A stretch of 64,000 nt of DNA. Source: Takakia lepidozioides. Its lineage: Eukaryota > Plantae > Bryophyta. The position numbers were made by a program, and so were the translations under genes. A model generated the notes under the pieces. It was not told the origin of the DNA. It made no database searches and saw only the letters and a program-made list of their open reading frames with translations. This document shows, in pieces, positions 36,461-46,578 of this stretch; within the stretch, counting starts at the first letter, position 1; each line of letters opens with the position of its first letter. The stretch is from NCBI GenBank assembly GCA_030704615.1, contig JAKLZA010000009.1:62001-126000 (forward strand), given 5' to 3'.

Positions 36461-38950
36461 CCGGCGCCATTTTTCTAGTTCGGGGCCGAAAATGGCTAAG
36501 TCCCAGATCTGACTGGGGCCAGAACTGGAAAAATGGCGCCGAATTTCCGATTTCGGGTGCTAGTCAGATCTGGGACTTAGCCGTTTTCGGCCTCAAACTG
36601 GGAAAATGGCATTTTTTTATTTTTTTATTTTTTTTTTCGGCGCCATTTTTCCAGTTCGGGGCCGAAAATGGCCAAGTCCCAGATCTGACTGGCACCAAAA
36701 TCGGAAATTCAGCGCCATTTTTCCAGTCATGCAGGTAATTCGAAGAGCGGATAGATGGAAATCCGGCGCCGGATTTCCATCCGCCAGGTAGGTCGGCGCG
36801 CAAAATTTCCATCATGCAGGTAATTCGGAGCACGGATGGATGGAAATCAGGCGCCGAATTTCCGTCCATCCGCTATTCGAATTACCTCCATGACTGGAAA
36901 AATGGCGCCGAATTTCCGATTTTGGTGCCAGTCAGATCTGGGACTTAGCCGTTTTCGGCCCCGAATTTTTATTTTTTTTTATTTTTTTTTCGGCGCCATT
37001 TTTCTTGTTCGGGGCCGAAAATGGCTAAGTTCCAGATCTGACTAGCACCAAAATCGGAAATTCGGCGACATTTTTCCAGTCATGCAGGTTATTCGAAGAG
37101 TGGATAGATGGAAATCCGGCGCCGGATTTCCATCCGCCAGGTAGGTCGACGCGCAAAATTTCCATCATGCAGGTAATTCGGAGCGCGGATGGATGAAAAT
37201 CCGGCGCCGGATTTCCATCCGCCAGGTAAGTCGGCGCGCAAAATTTCCATCATACAGGTAATTCGAAGAGCGCGGCGCCGGATTTCCATCCGCCAGGTAG
37301 GTCGGCGCGCAAAATTTCCGTCATGCAGGTAATTCGGAGCGCGGATGGATGGAAATCCGGCGCCGGATTTCCATCCTCCAGGTAAGTCGGCGTTGCAAAT
37401 TCGGTAGGGCGGCGCGCCAAATTCCCCTCACGCACGTAATTCCCTCACGCAGGTAATTCCGAAGCGGATGGATGGAAATCCGGCGCCGAATTTCCATCCA
37501 GCAGGTAAGTGCAATCTCGGATGGATGGAAATCCGGCGCCGCATTTCCATCTAGCAGGTAAGTGGAATCCCGGATGGATGGAAATCCGGCGCCGCATTTC
37601 CATCCTGCAGGTAATTCGAATCCCCGATGGATGGAATTCCGGCGCCGTATTCCCATCCATCCGGGATTCGAATTACCTGCAGGATTGGAATACGGCGCCG
37701 GAATTCCATCCATCGGGGATTCGAATTACCTGCAGGATGGAAATGCGGCGCCGGATTTCCATCCTGCAGGTAATTCGAAACCCCGATGGATGGAAATCCG
37801 GCGCCGAATTTCCATTCACCAGGTATTTCATCGCTCAGAATTACCTTCCTGCAGGTAATTCTGATCGATGAATTACCTTTCCTGCAGGTAATTCTGATCG
37901 ATGGATTACCTTCGTGCAGGTAATTCTGAGCGAGGAATTACCTTCCTACCTTCATCGATCAGAATTACCTGCAGGAAGGTAATTCTGAACGATGAAATAC
38001 CTGGTGAATGGAAATTCGGCGCCGAATATCCATATGCCAGCGATCCGACTTACCTGCTGGATGGAAATTCGGCGCCGGATTTCCATCCGTCCGGGATTCG
38101 AATTACCTGCAGGATGGAAATTCGGCGCCGGATTTCCATCCGTCCGGGATTCCACTTACCTGCAGGATGGAAATCCGGCGCTGGATTTCCATCCATCGGG
38201 GATTCGAATTACCTGCAGGATGGAAATGCGGCGCCGGATTTCCATCCATCCGGGATTCCACTTACCTGCTGGATGGAAATTCGGCGCCGAATTTCCATCC
38301 GGGGGATGGTCTCTGTCGGAGAGGTGCCGGCCTCTCCGCCGCTCTGTTGGATATTTGGTGCCGAATTTCCGTCCGGGGGTTGAAATATGACGGCCAGGTG
38401 CCGACCTCTCCCCCCTCCCCGACTGCATTGGAACGGCCCCGGATTGAAATTCGGCGCCGTTTTCCCATCTGGGGAGGTTTTTATGTCGGCCAGTTTTCGG
38501 TCTGACCCCCCAACACGACTTCCTTTGGAAGGGCCCGGATGGAAATTCGGTGCCGAATCTCCATCCAAGGGATGCTCTCTGTCGAACACGTGCCGACCTC
38601 TACGCCCGAGGCGACTTCATCCGGGCGTCCCCTGTTCGATATTCGGTGCCGAATTTCCGTCCGGGGGTTGAAATGTGATGGCCAAATGCCGGCCTCTCTC
38701 TCCTCCCCGAGTGCATCCGAACCGCCCCGGATGGAAATTCGGCGCCGTTTTTCCATCTGGGGATGTTTTTATGCCGGCCAGTTTTCGGCCTGACCCCCCG
38801 ACACGACTTCCTTTGGGGGGGCCCGGATGGAAATTCGGCGCCGAATCTCCATCCAGGGGATGTTCTCTGTCGCACACGCGCCGGCCTTTGCGCCCGAGGC
38901 AACTTCATCCGGGCTTCCCCTGTTGGATATTGGGTGCCGAATTTCCATTT
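36290..38950. repeat. Complex array of palindromes GATGGAAAT(C/T/G)CGGCGCCG(G/A/C)ATTTCCATC with AATTACCTGCAGG linkers, in inverted blocks; ~245-bp higher-order repeats at 38270-38950
   Basis: Dozens of copies visible; recurring MEIRRRISI / GWKSGAGFPS peptides on both strands of the ORF track. Confidence 0.95.
36423..36460. repeat. poly-T run (~38 nt)
   Basis: Visible; an expansion of the T-rich linker also seen at 36612-36637 and 36966-36990. Confidence 0.9.
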
Positions 38951-39252
38951 GGGGGTAGTAATGTGACGGCACGGTGCCGGCTTCTTCCCTTCAGCCGTCA
39001 TCATCAGGACGGCCCCCCACTTTCTGACTGCATACCGTTGGTAGTTATTGCGCAAAGACCAGGGGCCGCATTCCGGAGACAAGGTTCATTAACACTCTGA
39101 CTGTGGATTTTTGAGATAGTTGGCTCCCTGGATTTGGATCAGGCTTCGTCGCTCGGACAAATCGGCATCGCGTGCATTCCCATCGCTGCATCCCCCTTCT
39201 ACCAGGGAGCTTCCCCGCACGCCATCCTGGCAGTCTTGTGTGCACATCTCCC

Positions 39253-41060
39253 ATGGCGGAAAACCCGAGCGCTACAGTGTACTGCCCTCCTCACGAGCAT
39301 AGAGCTTCATTTCCGTGCAGAGGGGACATCTGCCGGGTGATGGAGAAATATCTGTGCGTTCGATACCACCTGAAACCGGGGTCGGGTTTTTGGAGGAGGA
39401 AAGGAAGGACTCTAACGGCCTTGTTGTCGAGAGTATTGTTGTGCTCCACGATGATTTCGGCGATGGCAGGGAATGACGAGTTCCACCATCGGACAGCGTC
39501 ATATACAGGGCTGTTAGGGACTTCATTTGCCCGCCAAATGCACCTTCTATCCTGGCGCCTTCCACGAAACAATCCGCAAATCAGAGAGTGGCTACCTCAA
39601 AGAGAGAAGTCCGCAACGAAGTAAATCCAGAGCCGAACCCATCCATGAAGACGAGCGAGAACCGGGTTGTTCACAACCTGTCCGACTCAGACGAGGTCAT
39701 GGAAGTTCCGAGGTCGTCCTGGAGATCAGGCAAGTCCTTAATGGATGTCAGTGGGAGGAGGGAGTCATATTCCCAGCACGAGCACCGCAGTTCGATCTAT
39801 TCTTGAAATTCTGCGAGGGCTTCACCTGGAGGGACACCGGTCGGAGCTGGCCGGGCTGGACTACAGCAAGTTCGCAATTAAATCGGTTACATGCCTTCCC
39901 GCCGACGTCGACGGTAATATCTTCTATGAGTTCCCTCCTCGGGCGGACTACTCGAGGGCGTCTGGAATATTGACAGATATGGATAGAGAACATGACGGTC
40001 ATCCTTGGTGCGTTACCAAAACCACCAGCATGAAGATGCCGATGGTGTGCGGGTGCGCTACGTTGGTTTGTGCTGGGCGCGTTGCGGTGTTTCTCCCCAA
40101 CTTGCTTCCACTTTAAATCGAGAGGTCACAGGAATGAGACCGATTGGACAGGGCACAGCTCATCAACCATTTCGAGCTCAGGAGGAGAAGGTTCGAACTC
40201 CACATTTAACATTGCTGGAGTCGGTGTCCCACGTATGTTCACCGAATGTCCGAAACCACATTGTCTCATGCAAACAGAAAATTGGGCGTGGCTCGGATAT
40301 GCACCCATTCTGGAGGTGAAGCGACGATGTGGATATGACTACATTCATGGAAGTAGGTTTCCAGGACAAGGGACTGAGGACAGAGGCAGATCGTTTGTTT
40401 CGTATTCAAAAATGTCCACGTGTGGAGTACCTGGCAGCGGCGTCGAACTGGTCGACAGGATGACAGTGGGAACTTGTCAAACAGTGCGGTCATGTTCGAC
40501 CATATCAAGCGAATTACAAATCACCAGTGGGTGACAATGGGTGCACATGTCTACGACACCCACTGCAGGATGCTAATGACAATTGCTATTTGTGAGATGA
40601 TGAAGGAGAGGACACACATCGGAGATGCTTCTTTTGGCAGGAATAAACGAACAGATGGCCAAGGCGGGATTGCCCCCTCCCAATTCCGTCATGGTTTCAT
40701 GGCGGATAACGACACAAGAAATTGGGCTGCCATCGAAGGGTGTATGGGCCAAGACCCCAATGTTCCCATGGAAGGCAAGGAGAGATCTTGTGGGTTCCAT
40801 TTCTGCACAGAGCCTTTCGCAGTACACAACCAGGCTCGATGGCACCAGATTTCAGAGAGGAGCACCGTTCCATGTGCCTTGCCGTGGAAGCGCGCTCCCA
40901 CCTTGGATGATGCAGAGGACAACCAAAACACAGTTTGCATGCATACGGGCTTGGTGGACATCGTCACGTGCTGTAGGAAATCAGACGAAGGAGCAATGGT
41001 CAGTTGGCCTAGCATGGTGGCATTATCGTTCCTCCAGTTCGGCGACTATATTGGGAGGTG
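39253..41060 (+). pseudogene. MULE transposase (GCM-like + DDE) with many indels and an internal deletion at ~40210
   Basis: HDGHPW, FDHIKR, FMAD, CGFH, WLAWW-like motifs spread across frames. Confidence 0.85.
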
Positions 41061-41137
41061 AGTTGCACGAATTTGAGTCCGTTGAATATTATTCTTGCGC
41101 CTATTTGTAACTTGCTTTAACCTGAACATGTGCATGT

Positions 41138-41637
41138 NNNNNNNNNNNNNNNNNNNNNNNNNNNNNNNNNNNNNNNNNNNNNNNNNNNNNNNNNNNNNNN
41201 NNNNNNNNNNNNNNNNNNNNNNNNNNNNNNNNNNNNNNNNNNNNNNNNNNNNNNNNNNNNNNNNNNNNNNNNNNNNNNNNNNNNNNNNNNNNNNNNNNNN
41301 NNNNNNNNNNNNNNNNNNNNNNNNNNNNNNNNNNNNNNNNNNNNNNNNNNNNNNNNNNNNNNNNNNNNNNNNNNNNNNNNNNNNNNNNNNNNNNNNNNNN
41401 NNNNNNNNNNNNNNNNNNNNNNNNNNNNNNNNNNNNNNNNNNNNNNNNNNNNNNNNNNNNNNNNNNNNNNNNNNNNNNNNNNNNNNNNNNNNNNNNNNNN
41501 NNNNNNNNNNNNNNNNNNNNNNNNNNNNNNNNNNNNNNNNNNNNNNNNNNNNNNNNNNNNNNNNNNNNNNNNNNNNNNNNNNNNNNNNNNNNNNNNNNNN
41601 NNNNNNNNNNNNNNNNNNNNNNNNNNNNNNNNNNNNN
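41138..41637. other. Assembly gap (500 N)
   Basis: Run of N. Confidence 1.
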
Positions 41638-41690
41638 CATCTGCTTAAATCCCCCCCTCCAAACTGTTCATGTTCTCCTGTCTGGTGCAG

Positions 41691-41884
41691 GAGCAACTTA
41701 CCACGCATGCAAGGCAGGCGGAAGAAGCCTTTTTGGCATGGAGGGTGATTCTGACCTCTACAACACCGTGCTCCTCCCCCTTTTGTCTGGCTCCACTTCC
41801 GGCACACAGACTGATCGGATTCAAATTCGAAATGATGACGATCCCGAAGATAAGCAGGTCGACAACGACTTTTCATGTGAGTAA
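41691..41884 (+). pseudogene. Last exon of a second, diverged ParB-methyltransferase cargo gene
   Basis: Acceptor TGCAG then (G)ATYHACKAGGRS..GMEGDSDLY..DKQVDNDFSCE* versus GASYHACKASARHVFGIEGDAEIY..DKELHSDFACE* at 24741-24934; same intron position and phase. Confidence 0.85.
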
Positions 41885-42709
41885 GTGCTAAACCCTCTTT
41901 GGGAGTCATACTCAATTTCTCGATAACATCAAAGTTACAGTAATAACTTTTTCAGGCTGTCTTTCAGGAAAGGCAGCGGTGGATCTTCAGGAGATACAGT
42001 CATTTCTGGCGAGTCTGTTTTCGACAGCCCCCTTTCCAATTTTCTGCTCCTTGTTTATGCCGAAGCAATGGCACTTCACGCGGCCGAGTCCCTATCCCCT
42101 GACTTTTTAGTGGCCAGCCGTAGGTGTATCCAGCGTGGATCCAGTGTTCTAAAATACTTAGACTTAGATGCAGAGGAAGAGGGGATACATTGTACTGACT
42201 CTGAGTCAGACTGAACTGTATTCTTTTAATATTCATTTTCATATTGAATCCCCTTCCTCCACCGTAGTTGTTCCTTTAGAACAAATAATAATCACAGAAT
42301 CAACTTTCGTTTAAATTGCTATATGTATGAATCCATCTCACAAACCTTCCTGACTCTTCTCATATCCATTGTGCATTCATCTACACTGTATTCATGCGTG
42401 CTCCATTCATGAAAGCTTCCTTTGTACAACATCCATTGTACATTCATCCTCTGTACTCTTTAATCCACCCCACAAACCTTCCACACTCATTTCATATACT
42501 TTGTGCATTCGTCAAAAGATTTGGTCATGCATCTTCCTGTCATGAATTTTTGTCATTGCTCAACATCCATTATACATTCATCCATTTTACTCTTATCCAT
42601 CGGTCATTCATCCATCTACATACATTTTTCACATTCATCCATTTGTTTATCATCCAACTGTACATTCATCCATCCTTTATTCAATGTCTTTTATTATGTC
42701 GTCCAGCTT

Positions 42710-42890
42710 GTTTCCGCGGTAAAGGGTGCCAATCCGCGGGAATACACTCCACTTCTTTCTGGGCGCGTGGTGACTCGGCCTTCACGTGTGATGATGTGGA
42801 CTGAGCCCCGTGACGTGGCATTTGCGCAAGGTGACGTGGCGTGAGCGCAGTTGCGCTCACGCGCTCACGTGACCAGGCTCACGCCGAGGC
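42710..42890. mobile_element. Subterminal region of an A-like MULE, truncated just before the terminus
   Basis: CCGCGG(G)AATA, TGACGTGGC and GCTCAC repeats parallel 25681-25815. Confidence 0.65.
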
Positions 42891-44270
42891 ATCCCTGGAA
42901 TTGCGGAACACCTGCCTCGAAACGACGGCTTTGTGCGAGCAATTCTCCACTGTGACGCAGATACAGTCGTCTCCACAATGGCTTGGCCATACTGCATAAC
43001 AGGGGGCGGAATTTGGGGCAAGCGAGCGGTGGGAATTTCTCGCACGGAATCCCCGCTTGAAGGCGATGGCGATCTGGAATTTCTTGGGCTTCCACTGCTG
43101 GAAGACACATTGTGCGGCAACATGACGGGCCCTCGAGGTGCTGTCCGAATGTTCCTGTCGGATCTCCAGGAATCCTCTTCGCACCCGGGTTCCTCTTCAA
43201 TCCTCCGCCTCACAGGGCGAGTACGGACGTCCCCCTCTAGGTGCTCACCTCTGCGGTGCAGAGGCGTCCCTTTGATCTTCTCTCGCAATGCTGTCGCCCA
43301 TTTCAGTGGATTCTTCGACCTCGAAGCTGTTTGCACCAACAATTCCTCCCTGTCCGGCCCAAAGCCCCATTGTTTCCCGCTCAGGAACTTGTAGTACGTG
43401 GCTTGCTGCATGATTGCTCTGTCGATGTCCTCCGTTGTGGCCGTCACTACGTCCACCAGATGTGCGGCAGAAGACGCTCGCCAGGAGGAGTGCACTGATT
43501 CTGCCATATTCGTGTTCGGCATGTCCGTGTCGGAATCCAAGCACCGCTCCTACAAGGACACAGACAATGGTGAGGAACCAATGGAAAGGTCCGTAATAGA
43601 AAGACAATTGCACGAAAATGACAGCATCATACCTCCCGCATGTACTGTCGGAACTGTCGATACTCGAAATGCCACCACCCCAACCAGCTGTGCCAGGCTC
43701 CCAGATTGGTTGTCTCCACTGCACCTAACGTGTTCCACCAAGCCTCAATGATAGCAAACTTAACCTCCACGTCATCAAATGTGGGTGCATCCTTCTACGC
43801 CGTACAAAGGACACGGTGTTCAGCCTGGAATGAGCTAGCAACAAATTTGGTAGTGTAGTGGGATAGACTCTACATCCAATGGAATCCACATGATCTCTCT
43901 TTCCCCTCCATTGGCACATTGGGGTCCTCACCGTACACACGTCGCACCGCTGCCCAGTTGGCCTGAGCGTTGTCTGCCATGAAATCCCTGAAATTGGGCT
44001 CTGGCAATCCCGCCCTTGCCATCTGCTCGTTTATGCCCTCCCACAGATGCATCTCCGACTGTGTGTCGTCCCCTTTCATCTTGCAGATTGCAATCGTCAT
44101 GAGCCTCTTGGAGTGATAGTCATAAACATGCGCACCCATAGTCACCCACTGATGGTTTGTAATTCGCTTGATGTGATCAAACATCACCCAAGCATTCGAC
44201 AGGTTTCGAGTTGTCATGCGAGTGACCAAAATGACTCCACTCCCAGGCCCACACGTCGACATTTTAAAAA
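42890..44270 (-). pseudogene. MULE transposase fragment of a further subfamily (DDE core and downstream exons)
   Basis: MSTCGPGSGV..WVMFDHIKRITNHQW..FMADNAQANW..CGFHW; MPNTNMAESVHSSW carries the likely catalytic E; cut by an LTR at 44271. Confidence 0.85.
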
Positions 44271-45002
44271 TGTAACAACGATCGGATTCACCTGCTACCT
44301 TGGATGTAGTGTAGTGTGAAAAGAAGGGGCGTGAATCCCCTTCTGGGTGATTCTAATCTGTACTCCTCCTCAGTTGAAGGCAAAGCAAAAGGAAGGAACG
44401 TTCTAGTGATCCAACCATCTTCACATGGCTGTGGATTTCCCTTAGTTCGTTCGTGATCAGAGTTCATGCAATCCTCATCCACGCCGCAGCGGAAGAGAAG
44501 ACATGGATGGGGAGTTTTGAATTGTTCTTGGTCTTGGTTCTATTTTTATACAACATCCTTGCCCTATGATCACAGCACCAACAGTGCTGCCATGATCTTT
44601 CTGTGATGCAACCAGCCCTATGACAGCGCTGAACACGACCCTTAATGTGAAGCTCCCTTGAGCAGTGACACGTCGGAAGCCCCCTTTTGTAATGGTGACA
44701 CAGATTTAGAGGGAGGCAGCTCAGATCTGCCATGAACTGCAGGGCCACTGGTCTCTTTCAGGGTTCATGTTTTCTTCATCTTATTTCCCCAAATTGGCCA
44801 TCCCCCATCAACCCCTTTTACTGAGCAGCTCTCTCCCTTCCCAAATCCTTTTCTCTCTCTCTCTAATCTTGGTCTACAGGTTCCTCACTTCTTCAACAGC
44901 AGCATATCTACCATGCAATGCAATGCACAACTCAGCCAGGCATCCAGTGCACCCAGCCTTGAAATCATCCTCGGTCACACAAGGCATAACCATCCCATTC
45001 AT

Positions 45003-45055
<53 letters not shown>

Positions 45056-46578
45056 CAATGACCAGCCCTTCACACTACCTTTTTCCAAAAGAAGCCATTG
45101 CCCAAACAGCTCTCAGCCTTTCTATAGGTTTCAACCAAATACCCCAACAGCCCTCTTTTCCCTTCAACTATGAACCTCAGTTGTTCATACCCTGAGACCA
45201 TGCTGGAAACTAGTTCCAAAAGAAAAACAATCAGTGCCGGTGTTGCCTCCCCTTCCACATTATCCTTTCTCTGTTTTCAACAGTTCTAACTAACCCTCAC
45301 TGGTGTTTTCAATCAGCCAAGCTAGGCCTACATTGGTTCCAGTGTATCAATACCCAGGGCAGCATTGTGTGCAGGTTCATAACACTGAAACAAAGAACAA
45401 GAATGAAGATAAACAGTGACCATTCTGATTCAGTGACAAGCAGTCTCTCCACCACTCATTTCTCCTACTGACACTATAACATCAGGTGCATCCATCCTTT
45501 CCCTATCCTGGTTTGAAGTTTCAGAGTCTCCATTCCATTTCCAAAACCTTTTCCTCCATCACATATCTCTACCTCCTTCTCCTCTACATAGAGCCAGTCC
45601 TAAATCCACACCAAAACGATTTCTAAGTCACCACTCCCCAAAAACCGAAGCCCACAGTCTACGAACTTATCTGTTTTATCCTCCAGCGAAGCGGTGGATC
45701 TGCCTGCCAAGATGGCACCTCACCATCGCCTGTCAGCAGCCACTTCAACCTATTCTCCTTGTCTTGATTCCAGTATTTATCATGCCATGATGGCTCCTCT
45801 TCATCCTATGGAACATCCTGTGGCTTGCCAACTAAATACTCTATCCTTCTATGCGTGCAATTCTTCCCTAAGAATTGATATGGTCCTATAGTAAGATGAC
45901 ACAAAAGCAGCTATAAGCTTTGATTACAGATAACCTGAGTTGCCATCCAGCCAGCACTTCACATGCCTCATCCCCTCCATTGATTGTGCCCACAACTCAC
46001 TTCCTTGTGCTTCCGGCAGCTGGCCGTTTTCCTTGCTTGCTCATCTGCCCATAACTGTTTTCTTCAAGGCAATGGCGACAGCGGTGGTGCGCCGCTCTTC
46101 TTACATGCTCCTACTCCAGGAATTGATCATCACTACGAGAGAAGCGGCACCGCTTTCCCTTACACAGAATACCAAGCAGAAGCACTTAATGCCGCTCTCA
46201 AAACCAAGCAGAGTCCCATAGCGTAGGTACAACCTCCCACAAACAGACGGCCCTGACAACCCCACTGCTCGCAGCAGCTGCTAAGAGTTGCCCGTCATCT
46301 TCCTCTTCGTTTTCCTCAACCCGCGTTTCTAGGTTAAACACCTGGGATGAAAACGTGCATCCTACGGATGAAAATGTTCATCCTACGGATGAAAATACGC
46401 ATGGTCATGACTTAGCCATTTTTATCCTGGCAAAGCATAAGCACAGTATGCCCATGAAATCACCTGTATGCAGGGATATATCCCTCCTGCAGTTGTACAA
46501 CGGGCACTCCCGTTGTAGTGATGCAGGGTCTTAACGGTAAGACAAAATGTAATGTCACTCCCCTGCATTCACACTACA
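44271..46578 (-). repeat. Probable 3' LTR of the minus-strand Gypsy
   Basis: TGTA at the 44271 junction, TACA at 46578, purine tract AAAAAGGGAGA on the minus strand nearby; partner LTR not in the window, so the inner boundary is uncertain. Confidence 0.5.
45006..45052. repeat. (CT)n microsatellite
   Basis: ~23 TC units. Confidence 0.98.

Larger units (their letters stand above)
35850..41137 (+). mobile_element. MULE-like element D: terminus, palindrome array, transposase; runs into the assembly gap
   Basis: Starts GGGGGCTGCTATTTCATGAGC exactly where the minus-strand transposase fragment breaks off. Confidence 0.8.

Noticed and set aside
36300-39100. Many overlapping ORFs with repeated MEIRRRISI/GWKSGAGFPS peptides
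   Set aside because: Translation of a palindromic repeat on both strands; no coding evidence
41046-41915. ORFs spanning the N-run, and linkage of element D's transposase to the second MTase exon
   Set aside because: Gap artefact; orientation and subterminal type suggest the MTase belongs to a different, A-like element
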